Positions 13,573 through 27,502 of a stretch of DNA of 64,000 bases are shown here, in pieces; the first letter of the stretch is position 1, and each line of letters opens with the position of its first letter. The notes under the pieces were generated by a model. The model was given only the letters and a program-made list of their open reading frames with translations, was not told where the DNA came from and searched no databases. Origin of the DNA: Stegostoma tigrinum. Its lineage: Eukaryota. Both the position numbers and the translations under genes were made by a program. The stretch covers positions 39,516,985 through 39,580,984 of the forward strand of contig NC_081365.1 in assembly GCF_030684315.1 (NCBI RefSeq), written 5' to 3'.

Positions 13573-15231
13573 TCATTTCACATTTGTCCAGATTAAACCT
13601 GAACCCTATTGCCATTTCTCTGCCCAACATTTCAGCTGTTCTATATCCTGCTTCATCCTTTGGTATCCTTCCTCAGTCTTCACAACTCCACAGGTTTTCA
13701 TGCCTCACTAATCAAGCTTCCTAATCAGATCACTGACATTTGCATCCACATCATTTATATATATGTAAAATAAACAACAGAGATTCTAGTAGTGAATCTT
13801 AGCAACACCACTGATCACTGACCTCCTGTCAGAAACATTCCCCTTCACAATTAAACTTTGTCTTTTATGGCCAAGCAAATTTTGTATCCAAATTGCCAAC
13901 TCACCCCAGATTCCATACATTTTGATCTCCTGGACCAGCCTACCATGAGGGACCTCGTCAAATGCTTCAGTAAAGTCTATGTAAATAACATCCAGCGCCT
14001 TACCCTTATCAGCCATCTTTATCACTTACTCAAAAAACTCAATTAAGTTTGAGATTTTGCAGCAACAACATTCGATTGTTTTAGCTGAGAACAAAAGCCT
14101 TTGGATAACCACAGCCAAACAAACTATTTGCTACCAACCGGGACGTAAAGTACAACAAAGAATTGTAGATGCTGGAAATCTGAAACAAAAAAACCAGAAA
14201 TTACTGGAAGAGCTTAGCAGGTCTGGCATAATCTGTGGAAAGGGAGCTGAGTTCATGTTTTGAGCAGGGACTATGCTTCAGAATGTTCCAAAGAAAGGTT
14301 ACTGAACTCAAAATGTTAACTCTGCTTTCCCACCAACTGTGAACTGTTCCTTTTTATATCTTTTTAAAAGATGTAAGCCAAATATAGCCTCTACTGTTTA
14401 ATTTTTCTCATAACAATGTGAATGAGCATTGGTTGTTTACGGAAATAGAGACTTATTTTCACCTCTTAAAATTTTCACCTGTGTTGGATTTTAGTGTAAT
14501 AAACTAACCCCTTGTTAAACTCAAGAAAACTGGTCTGACTAGTTCTTTGTAATGATATGAAAGTGCACATAATTTCAAACACTGAACTGATAAGTGCAAT
14601 CTTATTAATTTTAAAGAATCTTGTTTGAAACCAGGATGAGACAAAGAGTGGAACAATTCAAGCCTTTCTTACCTGGCTCAATCTTCTACAGAAACAATTA
14701 AAAATAGAGGTATTATTCTGTTGAATGACGCTCAGTCTGATGAGAAGCATACTTAAATCCTGCAGATCTTCTAATTACTGTGTTTAAAAGACTGAGCTCC
14801 CAAAGTTAAAAAAAGAACAAATTATATCTTAAAACTATTAAGTCATTGATGTTTATTTTAGAAACACAGTGATAAAAAATGATTTGAAGGAAGTTTATTA
14901 TGATACTAGACATGTCTTAACCTGCTGCACAAACGTCCTCAAAACCTGCACATACAATTTACTTGTTTTAGAAATTTGAGCATATGTTAACAGTTGATGT
15001 TCACTGACAGAAGGAACTGTTTGGACCATTGAGCTCAATGTTAATTTATCAGCAGTTTCACAAAACTTGGGTGATATTTTGTGGGTAAAAACCAGACAAT
15101 GATTCAGACAGTCTGAATCTACTCACAACTCAATTGAACCAGTTCACATTGACGTCTGTGTTTGTGTTTCTGAGCTGTGCAGTGGGTGTGATTTGACTTG
15201 ATTCCACTCTAAAGGCACTCCACTCTAAAGG

Positions 15232-15498
15232 TAATAAAATGTGAGGCTGGATGAACACAGCAGGCCAAGCAGCATCTCAGGAGCACAAAAGCTGATGTTT
15301 CGGGCCTAGACCCTTCATCAGAGAGGGGGATGGGGGGAGGGAACTGGAATAAATAGGGAGAGAGGGGGAGGCGGACCGAAGATGGAGAGTAAAGAAGATA
15401 GGTGGAGAGGGTGTAGGTGGGGAGGTAGGGAGGGGATAGGTCAGTCCAGGGAAGACGGACAGGTCAAGGAGGTGGGATGAGGTTAGTAGGTAGCTGGG
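15232..15498 (-). mobile_element. Young Penelope terminal-repeat fragment
   Basis: Near-identical to 41757-42022. Confidence 0.88.
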
Positions 15499-15649
15499 TA
15501 GTTGATTTGAATGATGGAATCAGAGCAAGGGGAACACCCAGATTTGCTGCTTATTACAATTGCTACTTTGTTCAGTCAGGAACTGCAGATACATTTCCAG
15601 CAATGCTAGTTCCACCAAGGTATAGATAGAGGTATGGGAGTTGGTCAGC

Positions 15650-15858
15650 TCAAATGGAAATTGCTGATGAAATTCAGCAGGTCTGGCAGCATCAGTGGGG
15701 AGAAAGCAGAGTTAACATTTTGAGTCCAGTGATTTTTCATCAGAACTGGACTCGCAATGTTAGCTCTGCTTCTCCCCAAAGATATGCCAGACCTCCTGAG
15801 TTTTACTAGCAATTTCTGTTTTTGGTTCAAACCTCCAGCATCCAGAGTTCTTTGTTTT
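15650..15858. mobile_element. Old fold-back element (family 2)
   Basis: Inverted arms cagcaggtctggcagcatc / gatatgccagacctcctgag around a decayed hammerhead. Confidence 0.7.
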
Positions 15859-15974
15859 ATTGCAAGTGGTAGAGGCATGTAGAATTACAACATTTAAAAG
15901 ACATTTGGGTAAGTACATGAACAGAAATATTTAGAGGGATATGGGCCAAATCCAGGCAAATGGTACTGGACTTA

Positions 15975-16316
15975 AGATAACAAGGTGTAGAGCTGGATGA
16001 GCACAGCAGGCCAAGCAGCATCAGAGGAGCAGGAAAGCTGACGTTTCGGGCCTAGGCCCTTCTTCAGAAATGGGGGAAGGGAAGGAGGTTCTGAAGTAAA
16101 TAGGGAGAGAGGTGGAGGCGGATAGAGGATGGATAGAGGATGGATAGAGGAGAAGATAGGTGGAGAGGAGACAGACAGGTCAAAGAGGCGGGGATGGAGC
16201 CAATAAAGGTGAGTGTAGGTGGGGAGTTAGGGAGGAGATAGGTCAGCGCAGGGAGGACGGACAGGTCTACACCTTGTTATCTCAGATTCTCCAGCATCTG
16301 CAGTTCCTACTATCTC
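15975..16316. mobile_element. Fold-back Penelope terminal-repeat insertion inside a CR1 3' end
   Basis: Long inverted arm + short sense terminus; TSD tgg(t/c)actgga(c/t)tta at 15961-15974 and 16317-16330; intact minus-strand hammerhead at 16040-16067. Confidence 0.85.
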
Positions 16317-16984
16317 TGGCACTGGATTTAGTTTGGGAAAACTGGTCAGCAAAGATGAGTTGGACCAATGAGTGTCCTTCAGTGCTGTACGATTCTATGA
16401 CTCTATGGTTGGGTCAGTTGGCTGGATGGCTGGTGGGAGATGCCAATAGCATGGGTTGAAGTTCAATATCAGCTGGTGGTACCATGAAGGTGTCAATTTC
16501 ACCTCTTTCCTTAGATGTGTTGGTTAAACCACTACCAGTTGTCTCTTTCTAATGAGAGAGTGGGTCTATGGTGACCTTGTATTTTACTTGGAGGCGACTA
16601 AGCAGAGCACCAAACAGTTGATGTAGCAAGTGGATAATAACCTACCAAAGTCATTTACTAAACTAAATACAACTTTAGGTTTAAGCTCCAATTCTTTTCC
16701 AATAAACATTCTCCTGTATAACATACACTCAACTTTCAATGGCCCCCAGCCTTCAGCTGCTATGTACTTCATCATTTCTTCATTTAATTTGCTGCTATTC
16801 ATCCTGGTCCGAATGTAAAATGGCTATTTGACTTATACTTCGAGAGGATGAGCACTGGCCACAAATAGAAGAAGTGGAAAAAGATGCAAAGGAGGATACC
16901 TTGTAATATGTATTGTTGCATTGTCTATAGGGACCTAGGAAGTGATTAGCCAGGGACCAGTTGTTACATGTATGTACTGCTGGG

Positions 16985-17050
16985 AGCTTCATGCACATCT
17001 GTGCTAGAGATCCATGTGGCACATAGCATGACACTGGCCTAAAGCAGGCT
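16985..17050 (+). mobile_element. Possible Harbinger transposase relic
   Basis: FMHICARDPCGT*HDTGLKQ resembles the HARBI1-type V.ARxPGSxHD motif. Confidence 0.3.
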
Positions 17051-18047
17051 TCCTACAGTTATCGTGGCAAGTTGTATTAGAGGCAAAGAGTTCTAACTCT
17101 TCCAACTCTGAACTGTGGCTATTTCTGACTCATGAGAACTAACTGACATCAATGTATTGTCATTCCTCTGTATCTGCAAGGGTTCCACTCCTGAGTAACC
17201 CTGCAAATGATGAAATTTGCAAGTCCCGAACTCATTAAAAATAGGTTAGTAATTGCAGAGATGTGAGTTTTGCCCACAGATTTGATTTTTTTTGTTATTA
17301 CTAATTTTTTGATGTGGATAGGTGAATTCACGATTCATGATTTCACAGATGTAGAGGATTTACTGTGCCACTCATTTGGAGATAGAGATACAAGGAACTC
17401 ACCGATATCCATGGACAGAACAATAGTCACCTGTGCCACACACTTACTGATTTTATTTCACCAAGGGCCAAACAATGTGAAAACTGAGTTTGGCAATGAC
17501 CGGGCCACATGCAAATCAAGGACATGTAACCAGCAAGCAACCACAGGACATCCACAGGATGTGGATTCCCTTATTTTCCTAACCCTAACCTCTGCTAGTC
17601 AGTGAAAAGTATAGGCAGCAAACTAACGGTATATCTTCCAATATCTCATGCTAACCAGGAATGCTTCACAGCTAACCCATTATTTCTGAAGAGTAGACGT
17701 TGCTGTGAGGCAAGGAAACAAAACAGCTAAATTTCATACAAGGTCTCACACTGTAATGAAATATCTGCCAGTATTTATTGCCTTTTGAGAGTAAGCTGCT
17801 TTCTTGAACCACTGTTGTCTCTATATCAACATAAGAACAAAGAGCAGAAGTAAACCATTCAAACTTTCTCCTGCATTCAGTAAGATCACTCCTAATCTGA
17901 TTGTAACTTGAAATCTACGTTCCCATCCATTCCTGGTAACTTTCAATCCCTTGCTTAACAAAAACCTATTTACTTCTATCTTAGAAATATTCAAGGAATC
18001 AGCATCCATCATCTTTTGAGGAAAAGAGTTTCAAAGACTCACAATCA

Positions 18048-20103
18048 AAACATAGAACATAGAGCATAGAACAGTACAACACAGTACAGGCCCTTCAACC
18101 CTCGATGTTGTGCCGACCTATTATCCTACTCTAAGATCAAACTACCCTGCATACCCTAAAGTTACTATCATGCATGTGCCTATCCAAGAGTCGCTTAAAT
18201 TTCCCTAATGTATCTAACTCCGCTACCACCACTTGTAATATATTCCATGCTGTCGCCACTCTCAGTGTAAAGAACTTATCTCTGACATCTCCGCAATACC
18301 TTCCTCCAATCATCTTAAAATTATGTCCCCTCATAATTGTCATTTCTGCCCTGGGAAAAAGTCTCTGGCTAAGCACTCTATCTATGCCTCTCATCACTTT
18401 GTACACCTCTATCAAGTTACCTCCCATCCTTCTTTGCTCCAATGAGAAAAGCTAAGTTCCTTCAACCTTTCCCCATAAGACATGGTCTCCATTCCAGGCA
18501 GCATCCTTGTAAACATCCTCTGCACACTCTTTAGAACTTCTACATCCTTTCTATAATGAGGCGACCAGAACTGAACACAATATTCCAGATGTGGTCTCAT
18601 CAAGGCTTTTATTGAGCTGCAGCATTACCTCGCAGCACGTAAATTCAACTCCCTGGCCAAAGAAAGCCAACACACCATACACCTACTTAACAACCCAATC
18701 AACTTTGAGGGATCTATGGACATGGACTCCAAGATCCCTCTGTTCCTTCACACTGCCAAGAATCCTGCCATTAATCCTATATTCGGCATTCAAATTCAAC
18801 CCTCCAAAATAAATCACTTCACACTTTTTTGGGTTGAATTCTATCTGCCGCTTCTTTGCCCAGCTCTACATCCTGTCAATGTCCCATTGAAATCTACAAC
18901 AGCCCCCGACACTATCCATAACTCCACCAACTTTTGTGTCACTGGCAAACTTACTAAACTACCTTTCTACTTCTGCATCCAAATCATTTATGAAGATCAC
19001 AAAGAGCAGAGAACCCAGAATAGATCCCTGCGGAACACACTGGTCACCTAGCTCCAGAATAAATAGTTTCCATCTCCTACCATCCTCTGTCTTCTATTGG
19101 ACAGCCAATTCCAGACAGCCATGTTTCCCTGAATCCCATGCCTCCTTACTTTCCGAATGAACCTACCATGGGAAACCATATCAAATGTTTTCCAAAGATC
19201 CATATACACCACATCCACTGCTCTACCTTCATCAATATGTTTTGTCACATTCTCAAAGAATTCAAGAAGGCTTGTGAGGCATGACCTGCCCCTCACAAAG
19301 ACATGCTAACTATTTCTCATGAAACTGTGTTTTTCCAAATTATCGTAAATACTATCTCTCAGAATCCTCTCCAATAATTTGCCCACCACAGAAGTAAGGC
19401 TGATTGGTCTATAATTCCCAGGATTATCTCAATACCATTTCTTGAACAAGGGAATAATGTTTGCCACCCTCCAGTCATCCGAGTACTGTTCTAGTGGACA
19501 GTGAGGATGCAAAGATCATTGCCAAACATGCAGCAAGCTCTTCCCTCATTTCCAATAGTAACCTTGGGTATATCACATTTGGCCCAGGGGACTTACCTAC
19601 CCCCATGTTTTTCAAAATTTCTAGCACATCCTCCTTCCTAACATCAACTTGTTGGAACATATCAGCCTGTTTCACGCTGTCCTCACAAATGTCAAGTCCC
19701 TCTCACTGGTGAATTTTGAAGCAAAGTATTCACTAAGGACCTCCCCTACCTCTTGTGCCTTCAGGCACAAGTTCCCTTCACTATCTCTGATCAGCACCAC
19801 CCTCACTCTGGCCATCCTCTTTTTCCTCACTTAAGTATAGAACGCCTTGGGGTTTTCCTTAATCCTACCCACCAAGGCTTTTCCATGCCCCCTTCTAGCT
19901 CTCCTAAATCTAATTTTTACATCTTTCCTGGTAACCTTGTAACCCTCTAGAGCTCTGTCCGATCCTTGTTTCCTCAACCTTAAGTAAGCTTCCTTCTTCC
20001 TCATGCCTAGTTGTTCCACATATCTTGTCATCCAATGTTCCTTCACCTTACCATCTCTTCCTTGCCTCAGTGGGACAAATCTATTCAGCACTCATAGCAA
20101 CTG
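18048..20103 (-). mobile_element. 5'-truncated CR1 LINE (HER1-like) nested in an older CR1 (17826-18046 and 20104-~21250)
   Basis: RPHLEYCVQFWSPHYRKD, RGRSCLTSLLEFFE, IKENPKAFY fragments; 3' (gaacata)n tail; host CR1 sequence resumes after the insertion. Confidence 0.9.
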
Positions 20104-21661
20104 CTCTAAAAGAAAAAAAAGACTTATCACTGTTTTAAATGGACAACCTTTGACTTCTATACAGCAACCTGTATTGCTTGATTCTCCCAAGAAGGGGAAC
20201 ATCCTGTTAACATTTACTGTGTCACGATTCCTCAGGGTTTTATATGCTATAATCGAATTATCTCTTACTCTTTTAAATTCTAGCAAATATAAGTTTAGCC
20301 TATGCAACCTGATCTAATAGAACCACCTGCCAGTTTCGGGTATTAGTCTAATAAACCACTTCTGAACTGCTTCCAATGTGTTTATATCTTTCTTTAAATA
20401 AGGTGACCAATATTCTGCAGAGTGCTCCAGATGTGGTGTCACCAGTACCCTGGATAATGAAACATAACTTCCCTATGTTAGTATTCAACTCCACGCTCAA
20501 TAAATAATAACATTCTTTTGACTTTCTGAATTACTTCCTGTAGCTGCATATTAGCCTTTTGTGATTCAAGCATTAGGACCCAGATTCCTCTGCAGCTCTG
20601 AGCTTTGCTATCTCTCACCATTTAGGTAATATGCTTTTTTTTAATTCTGCCAGCCAAAATAGATAATTTCACATTTTCCCATATTCTATCTGCCTCATCT
20701 TTTTCCACTCAGTTAAAGTATCATATACCTTTTTTTAACCTCTTTATATCCTCTTCGTAACTTACTTTGCTATCAACGTAGGTTTCATTGGCAAATTTGG
20801 CAACTCTAACTTCCATCTCTTCATCCATGTGATTTCTGTAAATTGTAAACAATTGATGTGCCAGCACTGATCTCTGCAGCACATCTCTCATTATATCTTT
20901 CCATCTTGAAAAAGACCCTTTTATGCTAACTCTCGGCTTCCCATTAACCAGTCAATCCTTTATTCCCAACGATATTCTATCCTTGATAAGATGAGCTTTA
21001 ATTTTCCACAATAATTTTAAATATGGCACCTTATCAAATATCTTCTGGAAATCTAAGTACTGTATACACTACTGGCTAATCTTTAACCAAAGCACGTGTT
21101 GCCTCAAGGAATAGGTAAGTAAAACTTGATTTCCTTTTCACAAAATTATGTTGACTCTGACCAGTACCTCGAACTAATCTAAGTGTCCTTTAGTAACTTC
21201 TTTAGTGATAGCTTCTAACATTATCCCTATGTTAGAGGTTAATTTAGTAGACCATCATTTTGCCCTTTACGTCTCTTCTCTTCGAATTTTTTGGAGTAGC
21301 CTCAGAGTGAAGGGACAACCCTTTAGACCTGAGAGGAGGAGCAATTTATTGATCCAGAGTGTAGTTAGTTTTTGAAACTATTTGTTACAAAGAATTGTGG
21401 AGGCCAAGTTATTGAATGTCTTTAAGATAGAGATAGATAGGTTCTTGATTGGTAAGGAGATCAAATGCTCTGGGGAGAAGGCAGGAGAATGGGATTGAGA
21501 AACATGTCAGCCAAGATCAAATGGAACAGCAGACATGATGGGCTGATGGCCTGATTCTTCTCTGACATCTTATGGTCTTCTGGGATGTGGCTCTCTGTCT
21601 GTGCAGTACCTTATCTAGTTGGTATTCCAGGTCCTTGACTCCAAAGCAGGCTGCTAAATTC

Positions 21662-22860
21662 CGCACATCCCAGATGTCCAAGATCTTTAAGGACCGCAAC
21701 TTTCCCCCCACAGTGATCGAGAACGCCCTTGACCGCGTCTCCCGTATTTCCCGCAACACATCCCTCACACCCCGCCCCCGCCACAACCGCCCTAAGAGGA
21801 TCCCCCTCGTTCTCACACACCACCCTACCAACCTCCGGATACAACGCATCATCCTTCGACACTTTCGCCATTTACAATCCGACCCCACCACCCAAGACAT
21901 TTTTCCATCCCCACCCCTGTCTGCTTTCCGGAGAGACCACTCTCTCCGTGACTCCCTTGTTCGCTCCACACTGACCTCCAACCCCACCACACCCGGCACC
22001 TTCCCCTGCAACCGCAGGAAATGCTACACTTGCCCCCACACCTCCTCCCTCACCCCTATCCCAGGCCCCAAGATGACATTCCACATTAAGCAGAGGTTCA
22101 CCTGCACATCTGCCAATGTGGTATACTGCATCCGTTGTACCCGGTGCGGCTTCCTCTACATTGGGGAAACCAAGCGGAGGCTTGGAGACCGCTTTGCAGA
22201 ACACCTCCGCTCAGTTCGCAACAAACAACTGCACCTCCCAGTCGCAAACCATTTCCACTCCCCCTCCCATTCTTTAGATGACATGTCCATCATGGGCCTC
22301 CTGCACTGCCACAATGATGCCACCCGAAGGTTGCAGGAACAGCAACTCATATTCCGCCTGGGAACCCTGCAGCCTAATGGTATCAATGTGGACTTCACCA
22401 GTTTCAAAATCTCCCCTTCCCCAACTGCATCCCTAAACCAGCCCAGTTCGTCCCCTCCCCCCACTGCACCACACAACCAGCCCAGCTCTTCCCCCCCACC
22501 CACTGCATCCCAAAACCAGTCCAACCTGTCTCTGCCTCCCTAACCGGTTCTTCCTCTCACCCATCCCTTCCTCCCACCCCAAGCCGCACCCCCATCTACC
22601 TACTAACCTCATCCCACCTCCTTGACCTGTCCGTCTTCCCTGGACTGACCTATCCCCTCCATACCTCCCCACCTATACTCTCTCCACCTATCTTCTTTAC
22701 TCTCCATCTTCGGTCCGCCTCCCCCTCTCTCCCTATTTATTCCAGTTCCCTCTCCCCATCCCCCTCTCTGATGAAGGGTCTAGGCCTGAAACGTCAGCTT
22801 TTGTGCTCCTGAGATGCTGCTTGGCCTGCTGTGTTCATCCAGCCTCACATTTTACTATCT
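21662..22860 (+). mobile_element. Young 5'-truncated Penelope-like element
   Basis: Open RT-thumb/linker/GIY-YIG frame (ORF 21572-22543); perfect TSD tgctaaattc at 21652-21661 and 22861-22870. Confidence 0.95.
22768..22795 (+). ncRNA. Minimal hammerhead ribozyme motif
   Basis: CTGATGA-a-gggtctaggcct-GAAA-cg-TC. Confidence 0.6.
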
Positions 22861-23370
22861 TGCTAAATTCTCCTTGTTTGCCACGTTCAGGACAGATGGC
22901 AGGAACTATGCAGGGAAACTCTGGACTGCCAGCAACCATCCAGGTGCAAAACAGGCTTTTAAAGATGGTGCAAGGGCTGTGGTATTTTTGCAGATATTGA
23001 CCGAGTGGGAGGTTCTTCTGGGAATGACACATAGTATGATAGGCTAAAATCAGACAAGAGGAATGTCTTAGGGGTGGTTGGGTGATTAAAGAAATGTGGT
23101 AATGTTTGGGAGAAATTTCTCTGGGTCTCTAAGTAAGCATCCCTCTGAAGACCTCAATGCAATTTGCTCTCAGACGAGAAACAAAAAAAATTCAAAAGTA
23201 TTGCCAGTTGTTACTGTATGTTTTCAGCAGTTTCTATTTCTATTTCAAATTTCTCGAATCTGCAAAATTTTTTGAGCTATGTTTAGAAAAGTTAGGAATT
23301 GTCTTTTTGAAGTGTTAATGCAGGCCACCTTGTATTTTTTGTCATTTTCTCTGGGTTAATAAACTTATGC

Positions 23371-23978
23371 TGTGATGATCCTCTGTCTTAAAGAGATGTA
23401 TTTTGTCCTGTCTATTATTTCTGAAGAAAGGTTGAGGCAGAGGTATCGAGTGGTTGGCCAAAGCCAATAAACAGTTTGTAAGGCCTTTTTTTAAAAAATT
23501 TGAAACAATAGAAGCAACTTGATAGGTCGGTTCAAGTTTTCTCAGAACCAGGATTTTTAGTTTTAGCTTTCAACAGTTGCTTGAATCTTGAAGCTGAATG
23601 TGGAAGCTAAAAGCTGGGATTCTCTTCTTGCTGCCAGAGACAACCTATTTTACTGAGTTTGCCTTTTCGAAGGGTGTGTTTATGAATTGTTACTACATGA
23701 GAATTAATAGTAGTTTATATATATATTTGTATTATTTTGTTAAGCATTCGATAGAATTACAGTTAAGCTAAATCTTTTCTTTCATTTTTATTTCATCATT
23801 GTTTTAACTGTGGTAGTGTAGTGTAAAAATAAAGTGCATTTTGTTTAAAGTTGAGTAGTTTGACCAATCGAATTGCATCTGGAACACAATGCCTTATACT
23901 TACCTTTAAAATAAGAAAAAGTTAGGGTCTAGGCTATCTTCTAATATATTTTGAGATGGTTTGGTCTCGTCCACAACA
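23371..23978 (+). mobile_element. Probable solo LTR
   Basis: About 610 bp, bounded by TGT...ACA, internal AATAAA (~23828), no coding content; no clean TSD seen. Confidence 0.4.
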
Positions 23979-23999
23979 ACATACATTACCTGAACAATG

Positions 24000-24090
24000 A
24001 TAATGGGAACTGCAGATGCTGGAGAATCCAAGAGAATAAAATGTGAGGCTGGATGAACACAGCTGGCCCAGCAACATCTCAGGAGCACAA
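24000..24090 (-). mobile_element. 91-bp Penelope terminus insertion
   Basis: TSD tacctgaacaatg at 23987-23999 and 24091-24103. Confidence 0.9.
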
Positions 24091-24439
24091 TACCTGAACA
24101 ATGTGTTCCCTATTTAAACACATATTGCTCTGAATTTCCTCATGACTTGCATTTTTAAATAAATCTGTTGAAACCGCTACTGACCACCAGAGGGAGATAC
24201 ATAGCAGTTTCCTGGGTCCTGCTCCAGATATTTTCAAATCAACCTGTTCAGAAATGTGAGAACTCATCTCTGGAGCAGTAGGTACTTGAAGCTGGGGCTC
24301 CTGGCTCAGAGGTGGGGACACTATTGTTGCACCTGTCCTAATTGAATGTATAAATTTTGATTTTTTGGTCACAATTTATATGAAGAATCATTTTTTGAGC
24401 TTGTTTGTACAGTTCGCAACTGAATGATACCTATTAGAT

Positions 24440-24471
24440 ATAATGGGAACTGCAGATGCTGGAGATTCCAA
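24440..24471 (-). mobile_element. 32-bp Penelope tail-only insertion
   Basis: ataatgggaactgcagatgctggagattccaa between gatacctattagat repeats at 24426-24439 and 24472-24485. Confidence 0.88.
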
Positions 24472-25716
24472 GATACCTATTAGATGATATGTTTGTCTCT
24501 CATTCCCACTTAATTTAAAACATATATGATTCTTGGAGGACTTGACAGGGAAGATGCAAAAGGCATGTTTCCCCGTGACCACACGGCATAATCTCTGCAT
24601 GGGTGGTTGTATGTTTAAGACAGAAATGAGGTGGAATTTCTTCTCTCAGATGATAGTGGATCTGTGGAATTTTTTTTATCATAGAGGGCTGTCAAAGTTG
24701 TGAAATATATTCAAGGCTGTGATGGACATATTTTTAATCTGTAGGCAATCAACAGCTATGAGAAAAGAGCAGGAAAGCAGGGTTGAAGGTTATTAGATGA
24801 GCCGTGTTGTCTTTCAATGGCAGAGCAGATTTGATCAGCTGAATAGCCTATATCTGCTCTTAATTGAATCTTTTCAGCTTTCCCCAGTCTTTCCTCATTG
24901 TTTGATCATCCGATACTGAAGGGTAAAATTGGGTATTGTAGCAAAGCAGAACAGGAACATAATTCACCAGCATGCGGTTGCACTCAATTTTCTTGATTCC
25001 AATGTAAAATTAAATGTGGTGTGAAATTAGATATCAATGAATACCTGACCATTTTATATGACTCACAATGACTGTTTCAGCCTTAGTTATCATTCTTATT
25101 TGCAGTACTGCCTTAGAGTTTGAGTTAAAATTTCAATGAGCTTGATGGGCAAAGTACTCAGTGTGTGGTTTGACTGCACTTTGATTTGTGCTTTTTGCAG
25201 AACTTGAGCCCACTTTTGTTTCATTTCAGTTATTTTGGTATCATTTGTGAAGTAAATTTAGCACTCACTTGTCCCAAGTTATCTATGCATTTTTTAGTCC
25301 TCTACAAACTTGTACAGCCTTGGATTCTGTCAATGGAGAAAACCACTTACAGGTTCGTTCAAAGTTGCAGCATGTGCCAGCTAGCTGCTGTCAGAACAGA
25401 AAAGATATTTTACCTCCTACACAAATGAGTAAAATGATATGAGCTTCAGTGCTGGGGTGATTTCAGGTAAGTTTGCCCTATGACTCAACTCCTGGTGCAC
25501 TGTTTCAAACAATAGTCCCCACTAACCATTTACAGAGGATAGCATTATTAATTGTACTCAAGAGGCTGTGTTTGCCAGCTACAGAAAGTTTATCCACACT
25601 TAGTGTGATTAGAAATCATTTACTGAATAATCCAAACTGCACTAAAAATGAGAGAACTGAAGTTGTGAGGATAGATCGGAAAAAATCAGTCTGTTTTCCT
25701 CGGTGAGAGAATAATG

Positions 25717-27502
25717 AACATAGAACATAGAACAGTACAGCACAGAACAGACCCTTCAGCCCACAATGTTGTGCCGACCATTGATCCTCATGCATGCACC
25801 CTCAAATTTCTGTGACCATATACATGTCCAGCAGTCTCTTAAATGACCCCAATGACCTTGCTTCCACAACTGCTGCTGGCAACGCATTCCATGCTCTCAC
25901 AACTCTCTGCGTAAAGAACCTGCCTCTGACATCCCCTCTATACTTTCCACCAACCAGCTTAAAACTATGACCCCTCGTGCTAGCCATTTCTGCCCTGGGA
26001 AATAGTCTCTGGCTATCAACTTTATCTATGCCTCTCATTATCTTGTATACCTCAATTAGGTCCCCTCTCCTCCTCCTTTTCTCCAATGAAAAGAGACCGA
26101 GCTCAGTCAACCTCTCTTCAGAAGATAAGCCCTCCAGTCCAGGCAGCATCCTGGTAAACCTCCTCTGAACCCTCTCCAAAGCATCCACATCTTTCCTATA
26201 ATAGGGCGCCCAGAACTGGACGCAGTATTCCAAGTGCGGTCTAACCAAAGTTTTATAGAGCTGCAACAAGATCTCACGACTCTTAAACTCAATCCCCCGT
26301 TAATGAAAGCCAAAACACCATATGCTTTCTTAACAACCCTGTCCACTTGGGTGGCCATTTTAAGGGATCTATGTATCTGCACACCAAGATCCCTCTGTTC
26401 CTCCACGCTGCCAAGAATCCTATCCTTAATCCTGTACTCAGCTTTCAAATTCGACCTTCCAAAATGCATCACCTCGCATTTATCCAGGTTGAACTCCATC
26501 TGCCATCTCTCAGCCCATCTCTGCATCCTGTCAACGTCCCGCTGCAGCCTACAACAGCCCTCTACACTGTCAACGACACCTCCGACCTTTGTGTCGTCTG
26601 CAAACTTGCTGACCCATCCTTCAATCCCCTCGTCCAAGTCATTAATAAAAATTACAAACAGTAGAGGCCCAAGGACAGAGCCCTGTGGAACACCACTCAC
26701 CACTGACTTCCAGGCAGAATATTTTCCTTCTACTACCACTCGCTGTCTTCTGTTGGCCAGCCAATTCTGTATCCAAGCAGCTAAGTTCCCCTGTATCCCA
26801 TTCCTCCTGACCTTCTGAATGAGCCTACCATGGGGAACCTTATCAAATGCCTTACTGAAGTCCATATACACCACATCCACAGCTCGACCCTCATCAACTT
26901 TTCTAGTCACATCCTCAAAAAACTCGATAAGGTTTGTAAGGCATGACCTACCCCTCACAAAGCCGTGTTGACTGTATTTGATCAAGCCATGCTCTTCCAG
27001 ATGGTCATAAATCTTATCCCTCAGAATCCTTTCTAACACCTTGCAGACGACAGACGTGAGACTTACTGGTCTATAATTGCCGGGGATTTCCCTATTTCCT
27101 TTCTTGAAGAGAGGAATTACATTTGCCTCTCTCCAGTCCTCAGATACGACTCCAGTGGAGAGCGAGGATGCAAAGATCTTCGCAAGTGATGAAGCAATTG
27201 CATTTCTCGCTTCCCAAAGCAGCCGAGGACAAATCTGGTCCGGGCCTGGCGACTTGTCAATCTTAATGTTTGACAAAATTTTCAGCACATCAGCTTCCTC
27301 TATCTCTATCCATTCCAGCATGCACACCTGCTCTTCAAAGGTTTCATTCACTACAAAGTTTGTTTCTTTCGTAAAGACAGAAGCAAAAAACTCATTTAGG
27401 GCTTCCACTACCTCCCCAGGCTCCACACACAAGTTCCCTATGCTATCCCTGATCGGCCCTACTCTTTCTTTGACCATTCTCTTATTCCTCACATAAGTGT
27501 AA
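25717..27502 (-). mobile_element. Young 5'-truncated CR1 LINE (ORF2 RT domain, one frameshift ~26299)
   Basis: ORFs 26107-27492 and 25802-26269: GNYRPVSLTS, SQHGF, DFSKAFD, GVPQGSVLGP, FADD; 3' (gaacata)n tail. Confidence 0.96.

Larger units (their letters stand above)
11410..14055 (-). mobile_element. Degraded CR1 LINE, interrupted by a + strand CR1 and two Penelope fragments
   Basis: MLQLYKTSVRSDLGYCAQFW, VMHFGRSN, ALDVIYIDFTEAFDEVPHGRL fragments collinear on minus strand. Confidence 0.8.

Noticed and set aside
21572-21661. N-terminus of the 323-aa ORF as a domesticated fusion gene
   Set aside because: Chance open frame in flank upstream of a TSD-bounded truncated element
25353-25467. Plus-strand candidate exon with strong CAG|GTAAGT donor
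   Set aside because: Stop codons in all three frames and no partner exons
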